This document shows, piece after piece, positions 20,870 through 31,644 of a stretch of DNA of 64,000 nucleotides. The notes under the pieces are model-generated. The model saw only the letters and a list, made by a program, of their open reading frames with translations, made no database searches and had not been told where the DNA came from. Source of the stretch: Nitrospirota bacterium. GTDB taxonomy: Bacteria > Nitrospirota > Nitrospiria > Nitrospirales > Nitrospiraceae. The DNA lies in NCBI GenBank assembly GCA_963703955.1, contig CAVPGK010000023.1, positions 1 through 64,000 of the forward strand, written 5' to 3'. Every line of letters starts with the position of its first letter. Position 1 is the first letter of the stretch. Made by a program: the position numbers and the translations under genes.

Positions 20870-21418
20870 CTATCCACGGAGTTGAGTCAGTGTCCCTTCA
20901 AGTGCCAGGAGCCTCCGCTTGATCTGCAGTCCGCCCGAAAAGCCGCCGAGGGACCCATCATGCGTGACCACCCGATGACAGGGCACGATAATGGGAACAG
21001 GGTTTGCCCCGAGCGCATGGCCGACGGCCCTCGCATAGCGCCGCCCTCCGACTCGGGCCGCGACCCACTTGTACGACCGCACACGTCCGTAGGGAATCCG
21101 GAGAATCGCTCGCCACACCCGTCGTTGGAAGGACGATCCGCTGGAGAGATCAATGGGGAAATCCAACGTCGACCGTTTGCCTTCCACGAATGAGAGGAGT
21201 TGGGCTTGTGCCTCATTAACAAAGGTCGAGGAGTGCGGGGTCCGTCTCGAGAGAGGCTTTGGCCCCGAAGCCGAGCCGTTCAATGAAGCGGCCTGCCTTC
21301 GCAGGGCAGACTCAACCGCTCGCCGCGAAGACCTCGGCAACACAATCATCCGCACTCCTCTTGCAGAGAAGGCCAGCCCCATCCACCCCCATGGCGTGTT
21401 GAACACCGATCGGTCCAT
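20870..21418 (-). CDS. ogt: Methylated-DNA--protein-cysteine methyltransferase
   Basis: IPYG, ARAVG, IVPCHRVV active site. Confidence 0.93.
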   Translation of the reverse strand: MDRSVFNTPWGWMGLAFSARGVRMIVLPRSSRRAVESALRRQAASLNGSASGPKPLSRRTPHSSTFVNEAQAQLLSFVEGKRSTLDFPIDLSSGSSFQRRVWRAILRIPYGRVRSYKWVAARVGGRRYARAVGHALGANPVPIIVPCHRVVTHDGSLGGFSGGLQIKRRLLALEGTLTQLRG

Positions 21419-21439
21419 CCGTCACCCCCTCCTACCCGG

Positions 21440-23047
21440 TCATTTCCGCCGTAGCTTTCGCTGTATGATACTCCAAAACACATCCAGTTCTTGCGAGTGC
21501 AGGAGCGCATGGGTCCCGAGATACCCCGTGACGCTCAACCCCAGCCCAACAAAGAGCATGACTGTCTTCGCAACCCACTGTCCTTGGCGGGTCCAAACCT
21601 CAAGACCAGACACCCAGACACTGGCGAGAGCGAGCGGCAGGACGGCTATCAGCACGCGAGCTGCAGATCGTCCGACAGACGACCAGTCCACGCCGCCCAA
21701 TCGACGGTTGAGCACCGCCACCAGGACCGCGGCATTGAGCATTCCGGCCAAGGCGGTCGCCAACGCCAATCCCGCATGCCGGAGCGGCTGCATCAACAGC
21801 AAGGAGAGGATGACGTTGCCCAAGACTGCGGCGACCGCAACTAGTGCCGGCGTCCTGGTATCCTGAAGCGAATAGAACGCCGAGACAATGATCCGCACGC
21901 CCGCGAATGCCCATAGTCCCACCGCATAACAAAGCACCGCCAGGGCGGTTGCGGCCGTATCTTCCGCGGTAAACGACCCGTGCTCGAAGAACAGATGCAC
22001 GATCGGGACACGGAGGAGAATCAAACCCACCATAGCCGGCAACATGATGAACAGAATCATCCGCAGGCCGAATCCTAGTGTGTCGCGCAATTCACCCAGC
22101 ATCCCCTTGGCGGCCTGAGCCGAAAGGGTCGGGAGGATGGCGGTCGCCAGTGCCACGCCGAAAATGCCCAATGGAAACTGAATCAGCCGCATGCCGTAGA
22201 AGAGATACGTCGGCGCTCCGGCAAAGAATGAGGCCAGGATGGTACTGATGGTGATATTGACTTGGGTGACCGAGAGGCCGAGCAGCGACGGAACGATCAG
22301 CTTGCCGACCCGGCGCACGCCGGCATGTCCCGGCTCGAATTTCCAGCCGAACCGCATCCCTCGGGCACTGAGCCCCGGCAACTGCATCACGAATTGCGCC
22401 GCACCGCCGGCAACCACCCCGATGGCGACGCCCAAGATCGGTTGGGCCAGGAGCGGCGAGAGAAACAGGGCGCATCCGATGATGAAGATGTTGAAAAACA
22501 CGGGGGAGAGAGCGGGAGCGGCAAACGCCCGAAGAGAATTCAGAATGCCCATCGCAAGCGCTGCCAGGCTGATGAACACGAGATAGGGAAACATCATGCG
22601 CGTCAGCAACGTGGTCATCGCGAGCTTCGACGGATCGTCATGAAAGCCCGGCGCCAATACCCTGACAATCGCCGGAGCAGCCAAGATGCCCAGGAGCGTG
22701 ACCAGTGTCACGATTGTCAGCAGCGTGGTGAACATGGCGCTGGCCAGTTCCCACGCATCGTGCTTCGATCGGAGGGTATGGTATTCGGTGAAGACTGGAA
22801 TGAATGCCGACGACATCGAGCCTTCGGCAAACAGTTCCCGCAGGAGATTTGGGATACGGTAGGCGACAAAGAACGCGTCCGCTGACGGAGTCGCGCCGAA
22901 GAGGCGCGCCAAGACCATGTCACGGACAAACCCGAGAATCCGGCTGGAGAAGGTCGCGGCGCCGATGAGCCCGGCGGCTTTCACGACACGGTGATTTTCG
23001 TCGGTCGGTTTCTTGGAGGATTCAGGGAGACCGGCAGGGTCGGACAT
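21440..23047 (-). CDS. murJ: Lipid II flippase MurJ
   Basis: SRILGFVRD, PNLLRELFAEG, RLIQFPLG. Confidence 0.96.
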   Translation of the reverse strand: MSDPAGLPESSKKPTDENHRVVKAAGLIGAATFSSRILGFVRDMVLARLFGATPSADAFFVAYRIPNLLRELFAEGSMSSAFIPVFTEYHTLRSKHDAWELASAMFTTLLTIVTLVTLLGILAAPAIVRVLAPGFHDDPSKLAMTTLLTRMMFPYLVFISLAALAMGILNSLRAFAAPALSPVFFNIFIIGCALFLSPLLAQPILGVAIGVVAGGAAQFVMQLPGLSARGMRFGWKFEPGHAGVRRVGKLIVPSLLGLSVTQVNITISTILASFFAGAPTYLFYGMRLIQFPLGIFGVALATAILPTLSAQAAKGMLGELRDTLGFGLRMILFIMLPAMVGLILLRVPIVHLFFEHGSFTAEDTAATALAVLCYAVGLWAFAGVRIIVSAFYSLQDTRTPALVAVAAVLGNVILSLLLMQPLRHAGLALATALAGMLNAAVLVAVLNRRLGGVDWSSVGRSAARVLIAVLPLALASVWVSGLEVWTRQGQWVAKTVMLFVGLGLSVTGYLGTHALLHSQELDVFWSIIQRKLRRK

Positions 23048-23103
23048 CGCGGCGGATTCTAGCGTGGATAGGTCATGAATATCTACTGCACTCAGGCAAT
23101 CAC

Positions 23104-23132
23104 TTGATCGGATACTCCCTTATCTGTATGAT
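23104..23132 (+). promoter_or_regulatory. Putative sigma70 promoter of pyrE
   Basis: TTGATC-N17-TATGAT. Confidence 0.45.
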
Positions 23133-23152
23133 CGCGCTGCTTCGATGCTCCA

Positions 23153-23746
23153 TTGAAATGGTGGCCGTTGAACCTTAAGTTGAAAGAAGAGCTCGCTCGA
23201 GCCTTCATCACCACACAATCCTTCAAATCGAATCCGGCCGGTTTTAAATTGGCCTCAGGAGCCATCAGTCCATATTACGTAGACTGCCGTATCCTCATGG
23301 CCCATCCCGAGCCTCGGCATCTTGTGGCTCAACTAGTAGTTGAGGTCATAGAGCCACTCGGCATCGACAGCATCGGCGGCCTGGAGATCGGCGCAATCGC
23401 CATTGCCACCGCCGTTTCGGACCAGGGCTTTTCGGAGGTTCCTCGGAAGGAATGGCGCACCTTTGTCGTGAGAAAACAGCCCAAGGATCACGGGCTCGGG
23501 AAGCTGATCGAAGGGGCCTGCCAACCGGGAGATCGAGTGCTCATCGTCGACGACGTGCTCACCAGCGGGGGGTCGATTCTCAAAGCCATTACCGCCGTCC
23601 GTGACGCCGGGATGCGGGTGGCCCATGCTTTGGTGATCGTCGATCGCGAGGAGCAGGACGGACGATCCAAAGTGGAGGCGCAAGGTGTACAGTTGATCAG
23701 CCTCTTGACGATCAGAGATCTGTTAGCCGTTCAGCGTAACCCATAG
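23153..23746 (+). CDS. pyrE: Orotate phosphoribosyltransferase
   Basis: FKLASG..S.YYVD, RKQPKDHG, VDDVLTSGGS PRPP loop; start uncertain. Confidence 0.92.
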   Translation: MKWWPLNLKLKEELARAFITTQSFKSNPAGFKLASGAISPYYVDCRILMAHPEPRHLVAQLVVEVIEPLGIDSIGGLEIGAIAIATAVSDQGFSEVPRKEWRTFVVRKQPKDHGLGKLIEGACQPGDRVLIVDDVLTSGGSILKAITAVRDAGMRVAHALVIVDREEQDGRSKVEAQGVQLISLLTIRDLLAVQRNP

Positions 23747-23766
23747 TATGCAGCCACGCCTCTTCC

Positions 23767-24114
23767 CTATTTGCATTCGAACTGAATGCCCCACCGCCGT
23801 TCATGGATCACGTCCGCTCCACCGGCGTTTTCATTCACTCGACTTCGGCCTTTCGCCTCTCCTTCGCGCACAATACGGGACGATCCGTGGCAGCGCTTGT
23901 CGATCAACTGTAACGCCTCCTTTCGAAACGGTGACAGCAACTGTCCGTTCTCTTTGAAAGGATAGGTGACGATCCCTCCTGACTCCGTCACCTGCGCCAG
24001 TTTCGCGCCTTCGGCGCACCCCAAGGCCAGCAGGACGCACCAGACTCCAACGGCCGACAACGCGGTTCTTGACCGGCGTTTTATCCGGGTTCTATGATAG
24101 ATATCCATCGGCAT
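23767..24114 (-). CDS. Hypothetical lipoprotein
   Basis: Basic N-terminus, hydrophobic stretch, LGC lipobox; two further Cys in the mature part; start uncertain. Confidence 0.65.
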   Translation of the reverse strand: MPMDIYHRTRIKRRSRTALSAVGVWCVLLALGCAEGAKLAQVTESGGIVTYPFKENGQLLSPFRKEALQLIDKRCHGSSRIVREGEAKGRSRVNENAGGADVIHERRWGIQFECK

Positions 24115-24154
24115 TGATCATTCGACTCTTCGAACAAAGCCAGGGAGGCGGACC

Positions 24155-24583
24155 ATGAGAACCCGAATCATCACCATAGGTCTGGCAGTGACGTTCGCGC
24201 TTGGGCTGGTATTAAGCAGTGGAGTCTCCGCCTACCATTCTTACCTCTTGACCGTCGCGCAATTGCGTGCAGGCCTTGAGAAGGCTTCGTCACCAGGGAC
24301 TAAAGGATTTTTCCTGATCGATGTTCGATCTCCTGAAGAACATGCTGAGGGCGTGATCCCAGGCACAGATATGAATATCGAGTTCAAGGAAATCAAGGCG
24401 CGTCACCGTGAAATCGGCGCGAGGATCGATGACCATATTGTCGTCTACTGCCAGTCCGGACACCGCAGCAATATTGCGGCTGAGGCGCTCGCGGATCTCG
24501 GCTATCGACATGTCTACAATGTCAGCGGCAGCATGAATGCCTGGGTTAGCGCCGGGTATCCGGTCCAACCGGCCCCGCGCTGA
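24155..24583 (+). CDS. Secreted rhodanese-like protein
   Basis: Signal peptide; IDVRS, G.IPG, YCQSGHRS active loop; RBS gggagg. Confidence 0.88.
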   Translation: MRTRIITIGLAVTFALGLVLSSGVSAYHSYLLTVAQLRAGLEKASSPGTKGFFLIDVRSPEEHAEGVIPGTDMNIEFKEIKARHREIGARIDDHIVVYCQSGHRSNIAAEALADLGYRHVYNVSGSMNAWVSAGYPVQPAPR

Positions 24584-24837
24584 TAGGCTGTTGAAGATCG
24601 TCTATTTCACCCACCCGTCCCCAGGCGCCAAGACGCTCCCCTTCCCGGGGTGCATTCTCGGCTCGACAAAATCCGCAACGAGGACCCTACCGCCTGACGA
24701 AGACACTGCCCGCTCACCGGCTCGCGGGCGTGCGCAAACGTGAGGCTCCTTATTCGTCGCACCCGTGCGTCCCAATGGGTACGCCTCTGGTTTTGTCTCA
24801 CTTGCGGCCTTGCTGGCTGGTCTTTTTGAACAGCCTA
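24584..24837. repeat. MITE-like intergenic element with terminal inverted repeats
   Basis: Ends taggctgttgaaga / ttttgaacagccta (12/14 inverted match); internal ggcgccaagacgctccccttccc core shared with 31712-31848 and 42071-42199. Confidence 0.65.
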
Positions 24838-24874
24838 TAGCTTATAGGTCATAGCGGCTTACGCATCAACAGCG

Positions 24875-25789
24875 TTATCTCTTTTCCGGTGCTTCGGAAC
24901 TTCGCGGCAGTACCCCGATCACGGATGGGAGAGGGATGTGGCGCATACCGCTTCCGTCCACCAGCGTTTGAAGCGACTGCAAGCTTGCCGTCTGACTCGC
25001 AGTTCCTTCCCGAATCGGCAGATGGCCCGCGATGAGAAGATCCGATGAGGCTCCTCCGTCCATGGCCATCACCTGCTGGATCGTTGGAATGCCCTCCCGC
25101 AAACATTCTGCCAGCTCCCATAGCGGCGCCACGTCTGCGGTTTTGATCAGCAGAATGCGACCGTCCCGGTCTTCTCCGATGAGGGTTTGATGCGCGCGCT
25201 TTCCCGTCTGACGGACCCGTGGCCTCCCCCTTCGATCCAAGAGCATGAGAGACTGGGCCGCCTCGCGATAGGCCGGATGGTCTTCGGTGAACGAGTCCAC
25301 CGCAAGGTCCAGAACCCGGGCCTTTCTCAGACCAGTCATGACCGGCTCTGCCACAAACAGACCCTGCCATTGAGGGTGACGCTTCGTTCCGACGGAACGA
25401 CCGTCTTTGAACAACAACCCCATGTAGGAATAATCATCCCGGAAGAGTCCGGCATTGAACAAGACACTCGCGCCGGTTCGGCGTTGCCATTCTTTGATCG
25501 TCAACGGAGCAGGAAGCTTTTCATCCGAATAGTGATACGTGGCGAAGCGAAACCGTTCCGGATCGATCTTGACGATCATCAATTGCGGAACATCATCCAC
25601 GCACAGGGAACCGGGATCCCACACGCCAGCTTCCAATCCGTCCGCCAGATGGGTCCACGAAATACCTTCAGCCCCCACCGACGGGGAGATTGTCGACCAG
25701 ATCAATCCCACGACAACTGAAACCCAGAGGAGATTCCGACACCGCTCCCGGCTGTGGGGAAGGCGGCTCTCCGGCGGTGTCGAATGCAT
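24875..25789 (-). CDS. Secreted phosphodiester glycosidase (NAGPA-like) family protein
   Basis: FNAGLF and MAMDGGASS motifs; signal-like segment; start uncertain. Confidence 0.7.
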   Translation of the reverse strand: MHSTPPESRLPHSRERCRNLLWVSVVVGLIWSTISPSVGAEGISWTHLADGLEAGVWDPGSLCVDDVPQLMIVKIDPERFRFATYHYSDEKLPAPLTIKEWQRRTGASVLFNAGLFRDDYSYMGLLFKDGRSVGTKRHPQWQGLFVAEPVMTGLRKARVLDLAVDSFTEDHPAYREAAQSLMLLDRRGRPRVRQTGKRAHQTLIGEDRDGRILLIKTADVAPLWELAECLREGIPTIQQVMAMDGGASSDLLIAGHLPIREGTASQTASLQSLQTLVDGSGMRHIPLPSVIGVLPRSSEAPEKR

Positions 25790-26253
25790 CGGACAGGATT
25801 GCATGCGGACCGGGCTGAAGGAAAAAGGCGGGACCTCGCTCTTAGGAGTCTGTCCGAGTAATGCCATTCTACTGCGGCAAACGATCTGCAAGCATCTGCG
25901 TCGTTCTCGGCCCGACACAATCCTCAACGTATTCCAGCGAATACGCCTCCGGTTTTTTCGAGCCTGCGGCCTCGCATCTTCTCGCACCCTCCTTCGCCTC
26001 GCAACGAAGGATTACTCGGACAAACTCCCAGACCCCCGCAAGGCCAGGAGCCAGTATAAAGACGGCTATGCGACGCGTCAATTCCTGCCACGACCCAACG
26101 CAATCGTGGTCGCTGGTAAACACCCATCGCCGGGTTTCCTGATCGGACCGCATCAGTATTTCCATATAACCAAATAAATTCATTGACTTGTAGACTCTCG
26201 TGCGTAGACTAGGCTATCATCGGTTTGGTTGTAGCCTGCCTCGGAGTATTTCT

Positions 26254-27705
26254 ATGCGACTCTCCATCTTCTGGCGTTTAACTATTGGGTTTCTCGCGAT
26301 CATCCTCGTGGTCACCGCCGTTACCCTTTTCGCCCTCTATCAGATCAGACAGATTACCGAATCCACCACTGAATTAGTATCGAAGCATTACCCAGCCATC
26401 GAGAGCGCGAAATGGCTGATGACGAATCTGTATGCCCAGGAACAAAGCGAGAAAAGATATCTGGCGGTCCATGACGATGTGTTTGTGAAGAATTTTGATC
26501 ACGAAGCGAAGGAGTTTCGCCGGATGCTTACGTCCCTGCAAGACCAACAGACCTCTGCGGAAGCGCGAAATCTCCTGAAAGAGGCCGAAGGCTTCCACGA
26601 TGAATACCGTATCCTCTTTCATAGCGAGGTGAGACTGCCGACACCGCAAGGTCGGACGGCTCGGCCCGACCATGCTAGCCGGCGGAACGCGTTCGATCGA
26701 GCCGCGGATTCCTTGCAGGTCTTCATTGACTTTCACCAAAAAATGGTCAACGCCCTCGTGAATGATTCTCGTCGACGCTCCGAGCAAGCCGAATCCGTCA
26801 CCAAGCAGCTCGTGGTCGTCGCCATCCTGCTTGGACTCGGACTCGCGGCGCTCGCCACTTACAGCATCCTGGTCCCCTTACGTCGATTACAGGAACATAT
26901 TCGCGAGATCGGTTCCGGAAACTTCCGCACATCAGTGGAAGTCGCCGCGCCGAGCGATTTGCACGAGCTCGTCGAATCGGTTCGCGTCATGGGCAAAAAA
27001 TTACAGGAGTTGGATGAGTTGAAAGCGGGATTCGTCTCGCACATAACGAATGAGCTTCGTTCTCCGCTCACGGCCATTCACGCCGGAACCCAACTCCTTC
27101 TGGAAGAAATCCACGGTCCGGTGACGCAGGACCAGCGGGAGACCCTTCGCTTGATGACGGAACACAGTCGTCAGGTGATCGACATGATCTCGACCCTGCT
27201 GGATCTCTCCAAGATGGAAGCCGGCATGGTGGAATACCGCGTGGTGTCCACCGATCTCAAGCGGATCGTGGATATGTCGGTGAACAAGGTCCGATTACTG
27301 GCGGAGCGGGAGCGCATTCGCATCATGATTGACGCACCGAAAGGACCGGCGCTGGCCCCGGCGGATGACACCCGCATCGAGCAGGTCCTCGACAGTTTAT
27401 TGTCCAATGCGATCAAATTCAGCCGAGACGGAGCAACCGTCCAGATCAAGCTAGAACCTGACTCCAAGGCGGGAGTCATGCGGATTTCGGTCGCGGACAC
27501 GGGGCCCGGGATTCCCTCCAACTCACTTCCCCATATCTTCGAGCGGTTCTATCAGGGCTCGACCCAAACGCGAAACTCCGTGGCCGGAAACGGAATTGGA
27601 TTGACTCTCGCCAAAATGGTCGTCGAGGCGCACGGGGGAAAAATCTGGGCGGAAAGCGAATTGGGCAAAGGAACGACCATGAACTTCATCCTGCCGCTGA
27701 CCTGA
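26254..27705 (+). CDS. Membrane HAMP sensor histidine kinase (GlrK/QseE-like); phospho-acceptor His appears replaced by Asn
   Basis: Two TM helices, HAMP, H-box SHITNELRSPL, SNAIKF, DTGPGI, FERFY, GNGIGL. Confidence 0.85.
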   Translation: MRLSIFWRLTIGFLAIILVVTAVTLFALYQIRQITESTTELVSKHYPAIESAKWLMTNLYAQEQSEKRYLAVHDDVFVKNFDHEAKEFRRMLTSLQDQQTSAEARNLLKEAEGFHDEYRILFHSEVRLPTPQGRTARPDHASRRNAFDRAADSLQVFIDFHQKMVNALVNDSRRRSEQAESVTKQLVVVAILLGLGLAALATYSILVPLRRLQEHIREIGSGNFRTSVEVAAPSDLHELVESVRVMGKKLQELDELKAGFVSHITNELRSPLTAIHAGTQLLLEEIHGPVTQDQRETLRLMTEHSRQVIDMISTLLDLSKMEAGMVEYRVVSTDLKRIVDMSVNKVRLLAERERIRIMIDAPKGPALAPADDTRIEQVLDSLLSNAIKFSRDGATVQIKLEPDSKAGVMRISVADTGPGIPSNSLPHIFERFYQGSTQTRNSVAGNGIGLTLAKMVVEAHGGKIWAESELGKGTTMNFILPLT

Positions 27706-27715
27706 TGGACCGAAC

Positions 27716-28321
27716 ATGAGATTCCCAAGGCACTCCCCGCACAGCCTGCTCGTGCTCTTCGCGCTCAATCTGTTTGCATGCTCTTCCGTGACGCCCCCGC
27801 CTCCTACTGCTCAACCTTCCGGAGGCAGCTCTTTCGTTTCCACGCCCTTATTTTCCTCGGACTCCAGCGAAGCCAAGGCTGTTCGCGCCTTTGCCCGCGA
27901 ACAGGACGGACGTCTGAGCACGTGTGGTCACGACCACTCGTGCGATCGCGCGCATTTCACACGCGCTCTGCTCTTTCTGTCCGAAAATCAAGATCTCGCA
28001 GCCAAACATTTTCAAGAGGTGGTTGCCATCTCGCCGAAAAGCCCCTTGGGCTCGCTCAGTACTTCCTGGCTCAAGTTCCTCAAAGAACCTTCTATGAAAC
28101 GACAGAACACGCTCTTTGCCCAGACCACTCAATGGCTTTTCCAGGACCTTTGGTCACGAGAACAGGTTTTCAAAGACGAACTCGGCTCGCGAGACAAGAA
28201 GCTCGACGCGCTTGCGGCCCAGCTTGAGGCGCTGAAGCAGATTGACCTCGAGCTCGCCGAGAAGGCGAACCCCATAAGGCCGAAGACCAAGATCAACCAG
28301 CGTCCCTATTCACCGGACTGA
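27716..28321 (+). CDS. Lipoprotein with C-terminal coiled coil (QseG/YfhG-like by position)
   Basis: FAC lipobox; QLEALKQIDLE terminal motif; 10 nt after the kinase stop. Confidence 0.65.
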   Translation: MRFPRHSPHSLLVLFALNLFACSSVTPPPPTAQPSGGSSFVSTPLFSSDSSEAKAVRAFAREQDGRLSTCGHDHSCDRAHFTRALLFLSENQDLAAKHFQEVVAISPKSPLGSLSTSWLKFLKEPSMKRQNTLFAQTTQWLFQDLWSREQVFKDELGSRDKKLDALAAQLEALKQIDLELAEKANPIRPKTKINQRPYSPD

Positions 28322-28474
28322 TGTTCGGTTCTCCGACCCTTCTCTGACGAGCGCCGAGTCTTCCCTTCCAATGGTTCGAGGTGCATCTCCTGAAAAAGCA
28401 GACAAGCGTCCGTTCGTCGCCGCTGGGCTCCGTGAGGATGCTGGAGGATTCGAGGATGATCGACAAACTTGAGG

Positions 28475-29971
28475 TCAGCCGCCGCTGATCGGAAGGACGG
28501 CAGGCGGAGCCGCGGCGGCCCCGGCGATATTCGAGAACATCATGGTGGCGGAGACGGCCCAGTCGATGAAAGGTCCGGGGTAAATTCCAAGGATAAGGGT
28601 GCCCGCGAGCCCGATATAGATGACGGCTTTCATCGGTGTAGAAACCTTCAAAGGGGATCGGTCTGTCGGCTCGTTGATGTACATCTTCTTGACGATGATC
28701 AGATAGTAATACATCGATATGACAATGTTGAGCAGGCCGACGATGATCAACGTGTAGAGGCTTTCCTTGATCGCGGCCACAAAGATATACAGCTTGCCGA
28801 TAAACCCGGCCAACGGAGGGACGCCGGCCAACGAAAGAAGAAAAATCAGCATCGAGAACGCTAGGAACGGAGACCGACGGTTCAGTCCATTATAATCTTC
28901 GATTTCATCGCTCTGAATCAGGTTGCCGACGGTGATGACGATGGCGAATGCGCCGAGGTTTGCAAAGAGATAGGCCAGCAGATAGAATAGAATCGCATCA
29001 CTGCCCATCTTAGTGCCCGCCGCAAGCCCGATCAGGATATTTCCGATCTGCGCGATGCCAGAATACGCGAGCAGCCGCTTGATGTTCCGCTGCGCGATCG
29101 CGACGATGTTCCCGTAGGTCATCGACAGAATCGAGGCGCCCACCAGCAGGAGCACCCACGCCGGCTTCATGGCGGCCAGGGATACAAAGAACATACGGAG
29201 CAAGATCGCGAAAGCAGCGCCCTTCGGCGCAATCGAGAGAAAGGCGGTGACCGGTGTCGGGGCGCCGTGGTAGGTATCGGGAATCCAGGCATGAAATGGA
29301 ACCGCGCCGATCTTAAACCCCAACGCCGCAAAGATGAGCAGGAATCCGATCAGCAGACCGGGCGACGGCGACGCTGAGGTGATGTCCGCAAACACGATTT
29401 TCCCCGTTTCCCCGTATACTAGGCTGATCCCGTACGCCAATAGTCCGGCTGCAAAGACACCCAAGATAAAAAATTTGAGCCCCGCTTCGTTGGACGCCAG
29501 ATCCTCGCGCAAGTACGCAACCAGGACATAGAACCCGAAGGTGGAAAATTCGAGCGTGATGAACAGCGACAAAAGGTCATTGGCCGAGGCCATAAACATC
29601 ATGCCCAAGGCCGACATCAGGACGAGAAAATAGTATTCGCCCTTGAAGAACCGGAACCGCTGAACGTAGTCGATGGACGCTAAAACCACCAAGATGCTGG
29701 CGCCGACGATGAAAATCTTGAAAAACAAGGCCAACCGGTCCACCACAAACATTCGACCGAATAGGGTCCCACCGATCCCGTCGCTTTGGAACCAAACAAG
29801 GGTGATCAGGACAAGTATCAAGCCCGCGACGCTTAGATACGCGATCTGTGCCTTGGGTACCTTCGGCCAGGCGAAGTCGACAATCAGGACCACGCACAGC
29901 CACAGGGTCAGCAGCATCTCTGGCAGCATGAGGAGAAGATCAGAACCTGAAAGGGAAAGGGAAAACGTCAT
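28475..29971 (-). CDS. nuoN: NADH-quinone oxidoreductase subunit N
   Basis: EAGLKFF, FKIGAVPFH.W.PD.Y.GAPTP, NIKRLLAYS. Confidence 0.95.
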   Translation of the reverse strand: MTFSLSLSGSDLLLMLPEMLLTLWLCVVLIVDFAWPKVPKAQIAYLSVAGLILVLITLVWFQSDGIGGTLFGRMFVVDRLALFFKIFIVGASILVVLASIDYVQRFRFFKGEYYFLVLMSALGMMFMASANDLLSLFITLEFSTFGFYVLVAYLREDLASNEAGLKFFILGVFAAGLLAYGISLVYGETGKIVFADITSASPSPGLLIGFLLIFAALGFKIGAVPFHAWIPDTYHGAPTPVTAFLSIAPKGAAFAILLRMFFVSLAAMKPAWVLLLVGASILSMTYGNIVAIAQRNIKRLLAYSGIAQIGNILIGLAAGTKMGSDAILFYLLAYLFANLGAFAIVITVGNLIQSDEIEDYNGLNRRSPFLAFSMLIFLLSLAGVPPLAGFIGKLYIFVAAIKESLYTLIIVGLLNIVISMYYYLIIVKKMYINEPTDRSPLKVSTPMKAVIYIGLAGTLILGIYPGPFIDWAVSATMMFSNIAGAAAAPPAVLPISGG

Positions 29972-29991
29972 GGTCTACCTAGCTTCAACCG

Positions 29992-31638
29992 TCAGCGGCC
30001 CGCCTTCAAGCCTATTGCCTCTGGCGTTCCTCCGAGTTCAGCAGAAAGCTGATTCCTTTGTTCACTGTCGTGGGCAATCGGCGTGACCCTGGTAATCCGG
30101 GCGATCAGGGGATCCACACCCGAACGAATTACGTTATAGAAATGCCCGGGGAGCAAGCCGAACGAGATACTGCAGGCAATCATCAGAAGCAACGGCATTC
30201 GATCCACAAAAGCGACAGCGTCATGAGCGTGCCCGTATTGCCTGACCGTGGCTCCGTAAAAAATGCCCCGCATCATTTTGAAGAGATAGGCCATCGTGAG
30301 CACGATTCCGACGACCGCGACGATGACCTGAAACGGATACTTGTTCCAACTCCCGACGATGATCATGACTTCAGCAATAAAATTCACCGTCCCAGGCATG
30401 CCGATTGAGGCCATGCAGGCAACGATGAAACAGGCTGCGACAAACGGCATCCGGTTGACCAGCCCGCCGAGCGAGGGGATATCGCGGGAATGTGTCTGGT
30501 CATAGACCCATCCGGCCATGGCGAACAGCATGCCGGTCGCCAGGGCGTGGGCGAACATGTACAGCACCGCTCCGCTCAAGCTGATGTAATCCAGCGCCGC
30601 CATGCCGAGGAACACATACCCCATGTGACTGGAACTGGAATACCCGATCACGTATTTGGTGTCGCGCGCATAGAAGGCCACGAACCCGCCATAGATGATG
30701 CTGAAGATGCAGAGCACCGCCGCGATCGGCATCAGTTCGCGGGTCGTCTCGGGGAGGATCTCAAAGGCGACCCGGATGATGGAGAAATGACCCAGCTTCA
30801 TCAAGACGCCCGCATGCAGCATGCTTGTGGCCGCGGGGGCGGCCGCGTGTCCGACCGGGGACCAGGAATGCAGGGGCCAGATCGGCGCAATCGACGCGAA
30901 TCCGAAGAAGATCAACAGCCAGATGATGTTGGCCAGGGTTCCTGAGAACTTGGCCTGCTCGCGGAGCACCAGAATATCAAAGGTGTTCAACCCCGAGAAT
31001 TTGTAAATCAGCAGAATGCCCATCAATGCCACGACGGCCCCGGCGGACAGGAACAGAGTGAGTTTCATCGCCGCATATTCTTTGCTATTCGAAGCGAAAT
31101 TAAGGATGAATCCGACTGAGTCTCGCTTCTCCCGCTCCTCGGGGCTGGTCATCTCTAGGTACTTTTTCGTGTGGCTGCCCCATACACCCAGCAGTAGGTA
31201 CATGGGGAGCACTGACATTTCGTAGAAGAAGTAGAGGAAGAACAGATCGAGGCACATGAAAACTCCGATGGTTGCGGCTGCCAGGATCAGGAGGAAAATA
31301 TAGAACTCTTTGGTCCTGTCCTTGATGTGCCATGAAATGAATACACCGGCAAACAAGAGGATGGAGGACGCCAGCACGAGCGGGGTTCCGATACCGTCCA
31401 CCCCCAAATAAAAGGCGATCCCCAATTCTTTGGACCATTCGAACCGCTGAATAAACTGAAACCCGCCTTTCACCGGATCGTAGGTGAAAAACAGGTAAAA
31501 GGACGCAATCAGGGAAACAAAGGCGGCCCCGGCCGCAACGAGACGAACCTGCAGCGGTCTCTTATTAGGAACAAAGATCAGGAGAATCGACCCGACGAAC
31601 GGCGCAAACAAGATGAAGAGCAGCGTGTATTCAGCCAT
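29992..31638 (-). CDS. nuoM: NADH-quinone oxidoreductase subunit M (second copy)
   Basis: GVDG, FYE, PLHSWSP.GH..AP, AGVLMKLG. Confidence 0.92.
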   Translation of the reverse strand: MAEYTLLFILFAPFVGSILLIFVPNKRPLQVRLVAAGAAFVSLIASFYLFFTYDPVKGGFQFIQRFEWSKELGIAFYLGVDGIGTPLVLASSILLFAGVFISWHIKDRTKEFYIFLLILAAATIGVFMCLDLFFLYFFYEMSVLPMYLLLGVWGSHTKKYLEMTSPEEREKRDSVGFILNFASNSKEYAAMKLTLFLSAGAVVALMGILLIYKFSGLNTFDILVLREQAKFSGTLANIIWLLIFFGFASIAPIWPLHSWSPVGHAAAPAATSMLHAGVLMKLGHFSIIRVAFEILPETTRELMPIAAVLCIFSIIYGGFVAFYARDTKYVIGYSSSSHMGYVFLGMAALDYISLSGAVLYMFAHALATGMLFAMAGWVYDQTHSRDIPSLGGLVNRMPFVAACFIVACMASIGMPGTVNFIAEVMIIVGSWNKYPFQVIVAVVGIVLTMAYLFKMMRGIFYGATVRQYGHAHDAVAFVDRMPLLLMIACSISFGLLPGHFYNVIRSGVDPLIARITRVTPIAHDSEQRNQLSAELGGTPEAIGLKAGR

Positions 31639-31644
31639 TCTCTT

